A stretch of 64,000 nt of DNA from an uncultured Thermotogaceae bacterium. Its GTDB lineage: Bacteria; Thermotogota; Thermotogae; MWEM01. This document shows, piece after piece, positions 40,062-50,764 of the stretch. Below the pieces are notes generated by a model. That model did no database searches. It was not told the origin of the DNA and worked only from the letters and a program-made list of their open reading frames with translations. The position numbers and the translations under genes were made by a program. The DNA is taken from assembly GCA_964462525.1 (NCBI GenBank), contig CAYWWY010000002.1:193493-257492 (forward strand). The letters are read 5' to 3'. Position 1 is the first letter of the stretch; each line of letters opens with the position of its first letter.

Positions 40062-41852
40062 ATGAAAAAACGCACACATACCTGCGGGGAACTGCAACGG
40101 ACCAAAGCGGGTAGCACAGTTGTTCTGAACGGATGGGTCAACCGAATTCGCAACCTTGGAGGGATCATCTTTTTTTCCTTGCGGGACCGGTATGGAGTCA
40201 CACAAATCACCGTGCATCCCGATACGCAATCCTATGCTCTGGCCGCTTCCTTACGCGGGGAAGACGTGGTCTGCGTACGTGGCGAAGTCATTGAACGACC
40301 AGAAGAGGCGCGAAATCTCGAAATGACCACGGGAGAAATAGAAGTGCTTGCCCAAGAAGTCGAGCTTTTGTCCAAAGCAACAACACCCCCTATCTACACG
40401 AATAAAGAAGAGGATGTTACCGAAGAAATGCGTTTGCGATATCGGTATTTGGATCTGCGGAAGCCGCGAATGCAAAAAAACCTCATCCTGCGTCATCAGG
40501 TCGCGCACGCAATCCGGAACTTCTTTGATCGGGAAGGGTTCCTCGATATCGAAACCCCTATTCTGAACAAAAGCACTCCGGAAGGCGCTCGGGACTATTT
40601 AGTTCCTTCCCGGATGAAACCCGGAAAGGTCTACGCGCTTCCTCAGTCGCCGCAGATTCTCAAACAACTGTTGATGATCGCTGGAACCGACCGATATTAT
40701 CAGATTGCCAAATGCTTTCGGGACGAAGATCTCCGCGCTGATCGACAGCCAGAGTTTACGCAGATCGATTACGAAATGTCCTTCGCTACGGAAGAAGATG
40801 TTATGGAACTGACGGAAGCGATGCTGACCCAAGTCTTTCGTGCAGTCAAAGGAGTCGAGATTTCTCATCCATTCCCGATAATCTCATTCGAACAAGCGAT
40901 GAATGAGTATGGGACGGACAAGCCCGACATCCGCTATGACATGAAACTCCAAGAAGTATCGGAGTATTTCCAGAAATCCTCCTTCGCGATTGCAAAAGAC
41001 ATCCTTCATCAAGGGGGCGTCGTCAAGGGCTTCACCCTCTCAGAAAATGGAACCACCTATTCCCGGAAAACCATAACTGAACTGGAGACCTTTGTCCGGC
41101 AATATGGCGCCGAGGGGTTGATGACCATGAAATACGGGAATGAAGGGATCCAGTCTTCCTTTCAGAAATACTTCAGTCCTGAATCACTGCATTCTCTTTC
41201 TGCGCGGATGAACATGAGCCAAGGAGCGATGGCGTTTTTGATTATGGGTGAAAAAGAAACAGTCAATACGGCATTAGGCGCGTTAAGGACGCACATCGCA
41301 AAAAGAGAAAAGATAACCAACAATCGACCCGACGCCTTCTTATGGGTAAATCGGTTCCCTATGTTTCACTACGATGAGGAATCCAAACGGTATATTGCTG
41401 AACACCACCCTTTTACCCTTCCGGTGATGGATGAATTTAATCGATGGAATCATCAAGATCCTTTACGAATTCACGCGCATGCCTACGATGTTGTTATGAA
41501 CGGCTGGGAGCTTGGCGGTGGAAGCGTTCGGATACACGACAGCGAAACTCAAAAAAAGGTCTTTACCCTTTTGGGATTGGACGAAACGGATCAAAAGGAA
41601 AAGTTTGGTTTTCTGCTGGAAGCATTTTTGTATGGAACTCCGCCACATGCGGGATGTGCGTTGGGTTTGGATCGGCTTGTTGCATTGATGGCTGGAGAAG
41701 AATACATTCGTGAAGTGATCGCTTTTCCGAAAACAACAACAGGAACCTGCCTTATGACTGGCGCGCCTTCAGAAGTTCCGGAAGACCAGCTTCGCATCTT
41801 GGGGTTGGAAGTTCTTTCAAACCGAAGACCATCAAAGGAGGGAGTATCATGA
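40062..41852 (+). CDS. aspS: Aspartate--tRNA ligase
   Basis: Class II aaRS; N-terminal OB fold (..RTH.CGEL.......V.L.GWV...R.LGG..F..LRD..G..Q..), motifs FRDEDLRADRQPEF.Q.D.E and GG.ALG.DRLV; 596 aa. Confidence 0.95.
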   Translation: MKKRTHTCGELQRTKAGSTVVLNGWVNRIRNLGGIIFFSLRDRYGVTQITVHPDTQSYALAASLRGEDVVCVRGEVIERPEEARNLEMTTGEIEVLAQEVELLSKATTPPIYTNKEEDVTEEMRLRYRYLDLRKPRMQKNLILRHQVAHAIRNFFDREGFLDIETPILNKSTPEGARDYLVPSRMKPGKVYALPQSPQILKQLLMIAGTDRYYQIAKCFRDEDLRADRQPEFTQIDYEMSFATEEDVMELTEAMLTQVFRAVKGVEISHPFPIISFEQAMNEYGTDKPDIRYDMKLQEVSEYFQKSSFAIAKDILHQGGVVKGFTLSENGTTYSRKTITELETFVRQYGAEGLMTMKYGNEGIQSSFQKYFSPESLHSLSARMNMSQGAMAFLIMGEKETVNTALGALRTHIAKREKITNNRPDAFLWVNRFPMFHYDEESKRYIAEHHPFTLPVMDEFNRWNHQDPLRIHAHAYDVVMNGWELGGGSVRIHDSETQKKVFTLLGLDETDQKEKFGFLLEAFLYGTPPHAGCALGLDRLVALMAGEEYIREVIAFPKTTTGTCLMTGAPSEVPEDQLRILGLEVLSNRRPSKEGVS

Positions 41853-42184
41853 ACGAGATTTCATTCCAGGTTCAAGAAATGGATGATGCTGTGGTCGTCC
41901 GTATCATTGGTGATATTGACGCATATCACTCCCCGAAACTCAAAGAAAACTTAGAGGATCATATCCGGGGCGATTGTCCCACACTTCTGTTGGACCTTTC
42001 TATGGTGCCCTATATTGATAGCGCCGGTTTGGGAACACTCGTGTCCGTCCTCCGGGAGACTCGAAACTATAAGAAGACACTCAAACTGATCGGCTTGCGG
42101 CAAAACATCCGGAGAATATTCGAGATGACCCGCCTTGATAAAATATTTATCATTATGGATACCGTGGAGGAAGGACTGAAATGA
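41849..42184 (+). CDS. STAS-domain anti-sigma-factor antagonist (SpoIIAA-like)
   Basis: 111 aa; ..IIGDIDAYHSPKL.....DLS.V.YIDSAGLGTLV.. with the conserved phospho-Ser position in DSAGLG. Confidence 0.8.
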   Translation: MNEISFQVQEMDDAVVVRIIGDIDAYHSPKLKENLEDHIRGDCPTLLLDLSMVPYIDSAGLGTLVSVLRETRNYKKTLKLIGLRQNIRRIFEMTRLDKIFIIMDTVEEGLK

Positions 42185-42855
42185 ACCCGGTATTTTGCTT
42201 GGCCATAGATGGCCCGGCGGGAAGTGGGAAAAGCACAGTTGCCCAAAAGCTTGCAGAGCGGTTTTCTTTGACCCATTTCGATAGTGGCGCTCTATATAGA
42301 AGCATTGCGTTTTTCCTCATAAACAAAAGCGTGATTGAATCGGATCCTTCCGAATGGATCACCCTGTTGGACAGCATTTCATTCTCCTTTGAGGAAAACC
42401 ACCTCTATTTGAACCAAAAAAAAGTAGGAGAGGAAATACGAACCCCTGAGGTAGGAAGATGGGCTTCTCCAGTGTCTTCATACCCTGAAGTGCGAGAAAA
42501 AGTGAATCAATCCATACGAGATATGGCATCGGGCAAGACTATTGTAATGGAGGGCAGAGATATAGGTACCGTTGTTTTTCCCGAAGCAAACCTGAAGGTG
42601 TTCTTGGAAGCGTCTTTGGAAGAAAGAGCGCTTCGAAGACGTAAGGAATGGGAGCAAGAAGGCATCCAAAGATCGTTCGAAGAGACGCTAGAAGAACTGA
42701 AAGAACGCGACGAACGAGATAGTCAAAGGGTTCACGCACCGTTAAGACCTGCCGAAGACGCTATTGTTTTGGACACGACCGATCTGACTTTAGAAGAAGT
42801 GGTATCGACGATTGGCATTTGGGTAGATGCGATATGGAAAGGAAAATCTCCATAG
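42181..42855 (+). CDS. cmk: Cytidylate kinase
   Basis: P-loop IDGPAGSGKST; ..FDSGALYR.. CMP-binding; 224 aa. Confidence 0.9.
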   Translation: MNPVFCLAIDGPAGSGKSTVAQKLAERFSLTHFDSGALYRSIAFFLINKSVIESDPSEWITLLDSISFSFEENHLYLNQKKVGEEIRTPEVGRWASPVSSYPEVREKVNQSIRDMASGKTIVMEGRDIGTVVFPEANLKVFLEASLEERALRRRKEWEQEGIQRSFEETLEELKERDERDSQRVHAPLRPAEDAIVLDTTDLTLEEVVSTIGIWVDAIWKGKSP

Positions 42856-43724
42856 TCAACGCGCATTTGGCCCATAGTATCGGGTTTTGTTCGGGTGTGC
42901 ATAAAGCGGTTGAAACAGCCCGGATGTTGCTTGAACAGGGAGAACAGGTCTGCGTTACCGGAGAGTTGGTGCATAACCCCTCGGTAATGCGTTCGCTTGT
43001 TGCCCTTGGGCTTCAGATATTGAACTCCGATCATCTTGAGGACCTAACCGGAAAGACTGTGTTGGTAAGGGCCCATGGAGTTTCCCCGTCGGTTTTTGCG
43101 GATCTCCAAAAGAGAGCGGCGAGGCTTGTTGATTTGACTTGTCCCATTGTGAAGCAGCTATTCCGACAAGCGCAGAGCCTTCGAAACCTAACGTATGATG
43201 TATTTGTCCTTGGAACGTCCCATCATCCGGAGATGCAAGCGCTCATGGGCTATGCTCCAGGGATCCGAGTGATTGAAAGTTTGGAGGCCCTCCAAGCCCA
43301 TTGGAAATTGAAAGATTTGAATCAAAGTCTTGCTCTGTTATCGCAAACTACGGTTTCAGAACTCGACTTTCGGTCTGTTGTCCTTTGGATGATTCAATCG
43401 CTCAAACCATTTCAAAGCCTTCAAGTTGTCAATACAATTTGTCCCATATCAAGAGATCGTCAAAAAGAGGTTCAAAAAATGGCTCGGGAACTGGATGGGG
43501 TAATTGTTGTGGGCGGAATGAACAGCTCCAATACCAGAAAACTCGTCGATATTGCCCGGGCATATCTGGAAGAACCCATACATATTGAACACCCAGAAGA
43601 GATTCGTGTTCATTGCAAACGGATGAAACCGAATGCTTCATATGGAATAATAAGCGGTACATCGACACCCGTACAGGATGTGCGGATGACCCAGGAAATC
43701 ATTCTGAGAAATACAGGAGGTTGA
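42834..43724 (+). CDS. ispH: 4-hydroxy-3-methylbut-2-enyl diphosphate reductase
   Basis: ..A...GFC.GV..A.. first Cys motif, ..GE.VHNP.V..; canonical cmk-ispH-rpsA order; start ATG 42834 (overlaps cmk end). Confidence 0.9.
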   Translation: MERKISIVNAHLAHSIGFCSGVHKAVETARMLLEQGEQVCVTGELVHNPSVMRSLVALGLQILNSDHLEDLTGKTVLVRAHGVSPSVFADLQKRAARLVDLTCPIVKQLFRQAQSLRNLTYDVFVLGTSHHPEMQALMGYAPGIRVIESLEALQAHWKLKDLNQSLALLSQTTVSELDFRSVVLWMIQSLKPFQSLQVVNTICPISRDRQKEVQKMARELDGVIVVGGMNSSNTRKLVDIARAYLEEPIHIEHPEEIRVHCKRMKPNASYGIISGTSTPVQDVRMTQEIILRNTGG

Positions 43725-43730
43725 ACTAAG

Positions 43731-45584
43731 ATGATCGACGGTAGAGAAGAACCTTTGGAAATCAGTAACATGGAAGAAGCCCTTGAACATCTGGACAATG
43801 GCTTTTTGGGAAATCCATCTCGAGGAGATCGGATCAGCGTGAAAGTGCTGCAAATTTTGCAAGATGAGCTTCTGGTAGAGGTGGGTGCAAAGAGCGAAGG
43901 GATTATCTCGTCCTCCGAATTGATCCGTCCTGTAGGCGAGTATGCTGTTGGAGATACCATCAATGGAGTTGTTACATATATCAACGAAGAGGAAGGAAGA
44001 ATCCAGGTTTCTGAACGCAGCAGAGCTGTTCGGGACGCAATGAAAGCTTTGCAGGAAGCCTACCACAATCAGACGAAAATTGAAGGGACTGTGAAAGAAC
44101 GCGTCCGAGGCGGATATACGGTAATGGCCTATGATGTTGTTGAAGCCTTTCTACCCGGTGGACAGTCCATGTTCAAACGGAATGAAGATCCAATCAACCA
44201 GAAGATGGATTTTGAAGTCATCGACTTTCGCCAACGGCGAAAAAGACAAACGAATATCGTGCTTTCTCGAAAAACCATGTTCCAGGAAGAGATCGCTCAG
44301 TTTTTTGATTCGATTTCCGCCGGTCAAATGATCGAAGGGGTGGTAGAAAATATCGAAGATTTCGGTGTGTTTTTGAATATTGGCCCCATTTCCGGATTGA
44401 TCCCCCGATCGGAAATTTCCTTTGATCGGGATGTTGACCCCAAGAAACGATTCCGTTCCGGCCAAAACCTGAAAGCAGAAATTCTGAACGTGGATTCAGA
44501 AAAACACAAAGTCACTTTGAGCCTGAAAAGCCTACAAAAAGATCCGTGGGAAGAAATCGACGAAAAGTTTCAACCGGGTCAAATTGTTGAAGGCGAAGTC
44601 ATCAAAATCCTTCCATTTGGATTTGTTGTACGGATCGATTCCGGTATGGAAGGATTGGTTCATGCCTCAGAAATCTTTTGGACCCGAAGAAGACCCGACA
44701 TTCGATCTGTTGTTCATGAAGAAGAACGGGTTGAGGTAGAAATCTTATCCATAGACAAAGCCAACAGAAAAATATCATTGAGCCTAAAACGGGTTCGGGG
44801 CAATCCGTGGGAAGATGCAACCGCAAAATTCTCTATCGGCTCTGTATGGGATGGAAAGATTGTGAAAATCCTCTCGACAGGCCTAATTGTTGAACTCGAA
44901 GAAGGGATCAGCGGGTATGTCCATGTATCGGAAGCTTCCTGGAACTTTCTAGACAGCTTGGAAGAAGCCTTTCGTGTTGATGATCTGGTTCGGGTCCGTG
45001 TGCTCGAAATCAATCCCGACCAGGAAAAAATTCGTTTAAGCATCCGGAAAGCAATGGAAGATCCGTGGAAAAAGGTTCAGGAGGAGCTTCAAAAGGGAAG
45101 CGTCATTCAAGGGCATGTCCTGCGTGTAACGGAGTCCGGAGCGGTATGTATGCTTGACGTCTATGGGGTCGAAGCCTTTCTTCCCGTTTCCCAAATCTCT
45201 ACAGAACGCGTGGAGCGACCGGCGGATGTTCTCGAAGCTGGTGATCCCATTGAGGCGGCCGTTGTCCGTCTGATTATCGAAGAAGATAAAGATCGACGCA
45301 ATATGGTCATTTCCATTAAGCAGTTGAAGCAAGATCAATCGAATCCGTCTGAATCCCATGATGAAGACGATGACTATGATCAGTATCTGAGCCCCGCTGA
45401 CTCAGAAATGAGCCTCGCTGAAATGGTTCAAGAAAAGCAAAAAGAAAAAGAAGCGAAAGAAAAGATCCAGGAGCAAAAGGCGCACGAACGATCGGAAGAA
45501 AAACCTTCGGATCTTGCAAGCGAGTCGGAGCAGGTCTCCGAGGATGATCAACAACCATTGGATCAAACCCAACAACAGGGGTGA
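43731..45584 (+). CDS. rpsA: 30S ribosomal protein S1 (six S1 domains, acidic low-complexity C-terminal tail)
   Basis: Repeating S1 OB-fold units (G..V.G.V......G.FV.....GL.H.SE) across 617 aa; follows ispH. Confidence 0.9.
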   Translation: MIDGREEPLEISNMEEALEHLDNGFLGNPSRGDRISVKVLQILQDELLVEVGAKSEGIISSSELIRPVGEYAVGDTINGVVTYINEEEGRIQVSERSRAVRDAMKALQEAYHNQTKIEGTVKERVRGGYTVMAYDVVEAFLPGGQSMFKRNEDPINQKMDFEVIDFRQRRKRQTNIVLSRKTMFQEEIAQFFDSISAGQMIEGVVENIEDFGVFLNIGPISGLIPRSEISFDRDVDPKKRFRSGQNLKAEILNVDSEKHKVTLSLKSLQKDPWEEIDEKFQPGQIVEGEVIKILPFGFVVRIDSGMEGLVHASEIFWTRRRPDIRSVVHEEERVEVEILSIDKANRKISLSLKRVRGNPWEDATAKFSIGSVWDGKIVKILSTGLIVELEEGISGYVHVSEASWNFLDSLEEAFRVDDLVRVRVLEINPDQEKIRLSIRKAMEDPWKKVQEELQKGSVIQGHVLRVTESGAVCMLDVYGVEAFLPVSQISTERVERPADVLEAGDPIEAAVVRLIIEEDKDRRNMVISIKQLKQDQSNPSESHDEDDDYDQYLSPADSEMSLAEMVQEKQKEKEAKEKIQEQKAHERSEEKPSDLASESEQVSEDDQQPLDQTQQQG

Positions 45585-46951
45585 ACTTTTTGTTTACCGT
45601 AATGATCGTTGGAAAACCCAATGTGGGGAAATCAAGTCTGTTCAACAAACTCATTCGAAAGAACAAGGCCATTACGGATGATACCCCAGGAGTGACTCGA
45701 GACGCAGTTTATGGTGAAGCGATCATTGATGGTGCAGAGGTTCGTTTTGTCGATACCTGTGGTTTGTTCTCCCGACCTCAAGGGGAGATTGAATCCAAGA
45801 TGCGCCAGAGAACGATTGAAATTCTCGATCAAGCCGATTTGCTTTTGTTTGTGGTTAGCGCGCAAGACCTACCCACCCAGGAAGACCACGACTATGCCGA
45901 GATTATTCGCAAGGGTGGGTATTCTTATCTTTTCGTAGCCAATAAATCGGAAAGCACTAAAAAAACGGAACCGAATCGATCGGTACTGTACGAGTTGGGA
46001 ATGGGAGAGCCAATAATGATCTCCGCAGCCCATAATATGGGTTTGCAGGATCTAAGAGACCAAATTTCCGAGATCATCTTGGATCGCAAAGAAGAGGCCG
46101 TACAATCAGATAGTGCTTTAGCTTCTGTTCCCAATCCTTCCAACCCTTGCATCAAAGTTGCAATTGTGGGCAAGCCGAACTCCGGAAAATCTTCAATGTT
46201 CAACGCAATCATCGGGAAAGACCGCGCACTGGTTACATCCATACCGGGAACTACGAGAGACTCCATTGATGATCTCGTCCGCTGGCAAGGAAAAGAAGTT
46301 CTTTTTATCGATACGGCAGGCATGAGACGCCGTTCTCGAGTCGAGAAGTACACAATCGAAAGCTATAGTTTTCTCAGGGCCCAGAAAGCAATTCAACGAG
46401 CCGATGTGTGTATATTGGTCATCGATTTTTTAGAAGGCATTACTGACCAGGACCTGAAAATTGCTGGCATCATCGAAAACGCGGGGAAAGCAAGCATTAT
46501 TACGATCAACAAAATGGATCTATCCGACACCATTCCTCATCCTAGCTTGAAAACCATGGAGAAGATGGTGCAACAGCGGTTTCACTTCATCGACTACAGC
46601 TTGATTTCGTTCGTTTCCGCATTGAAAAAACGAGGACTCGATCAACTTTTCTCGCAGATTGAAGAAGCCCATCAATCGTTTCAATCCTCCTTTTCAACAG
46701 GAGCAATCAACTCAGCATTAGAAAAGGTAAAGACGATTGCTCCACCCCCCCGTAGCGGGAAAAAATTCCTTAAATTATACTACGCAACCCAAGTATCGGT
46801 AGGACCACCGATTATTTCGATCTATGTTAACGATCCATCCGAGATCCCTGACACATATAAAAAAACCTTAAAAAGAGGGCTTCGCAAGTACCTTTCGATG
46901 GGTTTGGGATCCCCTCTTTTCTTGAAGTTTTTAGCTCGGAGGCCAATATGA
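45581..46951 (+). CDS. der: Ribosome-biogenesis GTPase Der (EngA)
   Basis: Two tandem GTPase domains (GKPNVGKSSLFN and GKPNSGKSSMFN, DT.G motifs) plus a C-terminal KH-like domain. Confidence 0.9.
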   Translation: MNFLFTVMIVGKPNVGKSSLFNKLIRKNKAITDDTPGVTRDAVYGEAIIDGAEVRFVDTCGLFSRPQGEIESKMRQRTIEILDQADLLLFVVSAQDLPTQEDHDYAEIIRKGGYSYLFVANKSESTKKTEPNRSVLYELGMGEPIMISAAHNMGLQDLRDQISEIILDRKEEAVQSDSALASVPNPSNPCIKVAIVGKPNSGKSSMFNAIIGKDRALVTSIPGTTRDSIDDLVRWQGKEVLFIDTAGMRRRSRVEKYTIESYSFLRAQKAIQRADVCILVIDFLEGITDQDLKIAGIIENAGKASIITINKMDLSDTIPHPSLKTMEKMVQQRFHFIDYSLISFVSALKKRGLDQLFSQIEEAHQSFQSSFSTGAINSALEKVKTIAPPPRSGKKFLKLYYATQVSVGPPIISIYVNDPSEIPDTYKKTLKRGLRKYLSMGLGSPLFLKFLARRPI

Positions 46952-47550
46952 CTGAAGTGATTTGGACAGTAATCATGTATATCTGTGGTTCGATCCCATT
47001 CAGCTTTATTATCCCGTATTGGGTAAAAGGAGTGGATGTCCGGAAGGTTGGCAGCGGAAATGTTGGAGCAACGAATGCCTTCCGAGTTTCTGGTTGGAAA
47101 GTCGCGATCATGTGTATTGTCATGGATTGTTGCAAAGTCCTTGTTCCATTGGTTATCCTGCAACTTGCGTTCCATCCCGAAAAACCATTATTGTTTGCCT
47201 CTTCGATTGCCGGTGTCGTTGGCCATGACTTTTCCATCTTTCTTCGATTTCGATCGGGCAAAGGGGTCGCTTCTACAATGGGGGTATTCTTTGCGCTCAA
47301 CCCGATTGCAGGTTCGATTTTTTTGGGTAGCTCTTTGCTGCTCTTCGCAAAAACCCGCTTGGTCTCTCTTTCCACGATGAGCGGTATGGTATTGGCAACG
47401 ATTTCTTCTCTATTCCTTTTCTCTGATCTCTCCTACTTTTTCCTGTTCTTGGGTTTGACCTTGCTCTCAATATTCCGGCACAAAAAAAACATCCAACGTC
47501 TGATTAAAGGAGAGGAAAAAAGACTGACAGAAAAGAAAAAGAATCCATAA
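46948..47550 (+). CDS. plsY: Glycerol-3-phosphate acyltransferase PlsY
   Basis: ..YICGSIPFS...........D.R..GSGN.GATNAFRV.G.. signature; 200 aa; der-plsY adjacency is typical. Confidence 0.9.
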   Translation: MTEVIWTVIMYICGSIPFSFIIPYWVKGVDVRKVGSGNVGATNAFRVSGWKVAIMCIVMDCCKVLVPLVILQLAFHPEKPLLFASSIAGVVGHDFSIFLRFRSGKGVASTMGVFFALNPIAGSIFLGSSLLLFAKTRLVSLSTMSGMVLATISSLFLFSDLSYFFLFLGLTLLSIFRHKKNIQRLIKGEEKRLTEKKKNP

Positions 47551-47556
47551 ATAGAG

Positions 47557-49704
47557 GTGTCCATGATTACCGTCTCAGCTGGCAAACCCCATATCCTTGG
47601 ACCCACAGTTCATTCAAATGGAACGAATTTTGCCCTTTTTTCTCGGCATGCAAAAGGGATGATCCTCGAGCTCTATGATTCCTACTATGATGATCGGCCT
47701 TCCCACCGATTCGAAATGGATCCACAAATCAATCGCACTGGGGATATTTGGCACATATTCTTAGCCGGGGTGGGTCATGGCCAGTGTTATGGATATCGAG
47801 CCATCGGACCGTACAATCCCCTTGACGGTCATCGATTCAATCCCAACAAGCTGTTGGTAGATCCATATGCCCAAGCCATCTCAGGAGCATTCAATTGGGA
47901 TGAAGACCATGCCTATGGGTACGATCGAAATGACCCGCTTGGTGACCTATCCTTTTCTCAGTTGGATTCAGCCAGAAGCCCGGCGAAAGGAATCGTAATC
48001 AATTCGGGCGAATATGATTGGGGCAAAGATCGCCCGATACGGATCCCTATGAAAGATACCATTATCTATGAATTGCACGTCCGATTTTTCACTATTTCCC
48101 AAACGGCTCAAGTATCCTGTCCCGGCACCTTTATGGGGATTGAAGAAAAATTGAATTACCTCAAACAGTTGGGCATAACATCCATCGAACTGATGCCCAT
48201 CTTTGAGTTTAACCCAAACGCAAACACCCACTTTAACCCCGTCACCAGTGAGCGCTTGAAGAACATGTGGGGATACGACCCGTTGAACTTTTTTTCCGTT
48301 GAAGGGTCTTTTACCCGTGGACTGCAGCTAGGAGATCAGGTTGTCCAGTTCCGCGATTTTGTGAAAACAGTGCACTCCAACGGGTTGGAAGTCCTTTTGG
48401 ATGTGGTGTACAATCACACAGGCGAAGGCGCCCAAGACGGACCAACACTCAGTTTCAAAGGATTTGACAACAGCATCTATTATATGCTTGATCCAAACAA
48501 CAAACGGTACTACCTAAACTATTCCGGATGCGGAAATACCCTAAACTGCAATCACCCCGTTCTCAAACAGATGATCCTTGATTCGCTTCGGTACTGGGTC
48601 ACAGAAATGCATGTGGATGGGTTCCGTTTTGATTTGGCCTCAGTTTTGGGTCGAGCGCCTAACGGGAAATGGATCGGAGACCTGTCTTTGCTGAAAGACA
48701 TCGCGGAAGACCCAATCATCGCGGGATCCAAGTTAATCGCCGAGGGATGGGATGCTGGCGGGGGGTACTATGTTGGGGATTTCCCAAGCGGTTGGTCGGA
48801 ATGGAACGGGAAGTTCCGCGATGTAGCTCGGAAGTTCTTTCATGGATATGAGGGATTGGTTCCCGAGCTGGCGACAAGAATCGCGGGGAGCAGCGATCTA
48901 TACGACAAACCCGGGAGAAAACCGTTTGATAGCATCAACTTCGTGACTGCACATGATGGATTTACGATGTGGGACCTTGTGTCCTATTCGCGGAAACACA
49001 ACCTCATGAACGGAGAAAATAATCAAGATGGGTCCAGCGACAATTTTTCCTGCAACCATGGACATGAGGGAGAAACAGACGATCCTTCGATCGTTCGGCT
49101 TCGAAAACAACAGATGAAGAATTTTTTTACGTTGCTCATGGTTTCTCAAGGGACACCGATGATCTTAATGGGCGACGAGTTTGCTCGGACGCAACTGGGG
49201 AACAACAATGCTTATTGTCACGACAATGAGTTGACTTGGTTAGATTGGTCCAGAAAAGATCAGTTTTCGGATATCCACGGCTTTGTCCAAAAAGCCATTG
49301 CCTTTCGAAAACGCCATAACTGCCTTCGAAGAGAGCACTTTTTTACCGGAAAGAAAATTTCTCACTCTGTTCGAGATATTACCTGGCATGGCATAAAACC
49401 CGGAAAGCCTGATTGGAGTCATCCATCCCACACTCTTGCGTTCGTGATCAGTGGTGAGGATTTGGAGTCCTATCTTGATCCCGATGATGATATCTATTGT
49501 GCGATCAATGCCTATGATCATGCCTTGGCCTTTGAAGTCCCTGCGTACCAAGGGAAGAGGTGGGTCAAGGTGATCGACACTTTCCTCGAAGGCGAAAAAA
49601 GTTGCTATGAGGATGAAGCGCAAGCCCCAGTTGTAAAGCAGAGCATCCTCCTACATCCCAAAACAATGGCGGTACTGGTATCGAAAAGGGGAGAAAGCAC
49701 ATGA
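47557..49704 (+). CDS. glgX: Glycogen debranching enzyme / isoamylase (GH13, GlgX-type)
   Basis: GH13 catalytic regions (..DVVYNHT.., ..GFRFDLAS.., ..EGWD.., ..FVTAHDGF..) with an N-terminal CBM48-like segment; 715 aa. Confidence 0.9.
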   Translation: MSMITVSAGKPHILGPTVHSNGTNFALFSRHAKGMILELYDSYYDDRPSHRFEMDPQINRTGDIWHIFLAGVGHGQCYGYRAIGPYNPLDGHRFNPNKLLVDPYAQAISGAFNWDEDHAYGYDRNDPLGDLSFSQLDSARSPAKGIVINSGEYDWGKDRPIRIPMKDTIIYELHVRFFTISQTAQVSCPGTFMGIEEKLNYLKQLGITSIELMPIFEFNPNANTHFNPVTSERLKNMWGYDPLNFFSVEGSFTRGLQLGDQVVQFRDFVKTVHSNGLEVLLDVVYNHTGEGAQDGPTLSFKGFDNSIYYMLDPNNKRYYLNYSGCGNTLNCNHPVLKQMILDSLRYWVTEMHVDGFRFDLASVLGRAPNGKWIGDLSLLKDIAEDPIIAGSKLIAEGWDAGGGYYVGDFPSGWSEWNGKFRDVARKFFHGYEGLVPELATRIAGSSDLYDKPGRKPFDSINFVTAHDGFTMWDLVSYSRKHNLMNGENNQDGSSDNFSCNHGHEGETDDPSIVRLRKQQMKNFFTLLMVSQGTPMILMGDEFARTQLGNNNAYCHDNELTWLDWSRKDQFSDIHGFVQKAIAFRKRHNCLRREHFFTGKKISHSVRDITWHGIKPGKPDWSHPSHTLAFVISGEDLESYLDPDDDIYCAINAYDHALAFEVPAYQGKRWVKVIDTFLEGEKSCYEDEAQAPVVKQSILLHPKTMAVLVSKRGEST

Positions 49705-50732
49705 AGAAGCTGTACATCCGTTCTGTTTCTGGAAAAGTGAAAGGCCAAGGAGTGGATTCCGCCTTTCTCGAGCACAGAAAGCTCATGCAACAATCTCAAA
49801 AGATTCAGGTCGTACTCGAACCAAAAGACCATTGGGATATTCTTCACATTCACACCTTCGATCCAGGCTCCTATTTCCTGATGAGAAAGGCAAAACGAAA
49901 AAAGAAGAAGGTCGTAGTTTCCTGTCATGTTATGCCCGATTCGCTGGTTGGCAGTTTGAAGATCCCTCGTTGGGTCATGCCATTCCTGGTGCGATATATG
50001 ATCCATTTCTATAACAAAGCCGATCGATTGGTGGTTGTCAATCCTTTTTACAAAGAAACCTTGACAAAAGCCGGTTTGCGCAAAGAAAAAGTTTCTTATG
50101 TTCCCAATTACGTTTCTGGAGAAACATTCCGACCCCTTGCGCCCGACGAGAAAACTCACTTGCGAACCAAAATGGGGATAAAGGAAACGGATTTTCTGAT
50201 TGTCGGAGCAGGGCAAGTACAAAAGCGCAAGGGCATCGACGATTTTGTTCGAACAGCCTTGCTTTTGCCTCAATATCAGTTTGTTTGGGTTGGAGGGTTC
50301 TCTTTTGGAAAACTTACCGATGGCTATGAGCAATATGCGAAAATCATGGATAATCCTCCCCCCAATCTCCGGTTTACTGGGATCGTAGACCGTTCCGAAG
50401 TGGCGCGATATTTTCAAGCCGCAGACGTATTGTTCCTGCCCTCTTATCAAGAACTCTTCCCGATGACTGTCCTAGAAGCGGCCAATTGTCATCTCCCTTT
50501 GCTGCTTAGGAATATCGAGCTCTATCAGGAAATCCTTTCAGAACACTATCTGTTTGGCGATTCATCGGAAGAATTTGCGGAGCAACTTCGCCGGATCCAA
50601 GAAGACACGAATCTTCGAGAAGCCTTTCAAACCCATTCCAGAGAACTCAGCATCATCTATTCTGGGGTAAACGTAATGAAACAATGGGAAGAACTATATC
50701 TACATGACAAAATCTGGTATAATAATGATTGA
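49701..50732 (+). CDS. Glycosyltransferase, MGDG-synthase/UgtP-like (lipid glycosyltransferase)
   Basis: 343 aa; N-terminal region resembles diglucosyl-diacylglycerol synthases (KKLYIRSVSGKVKGQGV.. versus UgtP-type ..ILTANYGNGHVQ..); 4-nt overlap with glgX. Confidence 0.55.
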   Translation: MKKLYIRSVSGKVKGQGVDSAFLEHRKLMQQSQKIQVVLEPKDHWDILHIHTFDPGSYFLMRKAKRKKKKVVVSCHVMPDSLVGSLKIPRWVMPFLVRYMIHFYNKADRLVVVNPFYKETLTKAGLRKEKVSYVPNYVSGETFRPLAPDEKTHLRTKMGIKETDFLIVGAGQVQKRKGIDDFVRTALLLPQYQFVWVGGFSFGKLTDGYEQYAKIMDNPPPNLRFTGIVDRSEVARYFQAADVLFLPSYQELFPMTVLEAANCHLPLLLRNIELYQEILSEHYLFGDSSEEFAEQLRRIQEDTNLREAFQTHSRELSIIYSGVNVMKQWEELYLHDKIWYNND

Positions 50733-50764
50733 TAAATCGGGGCATAGATAGCGGAGGTGCCGGC

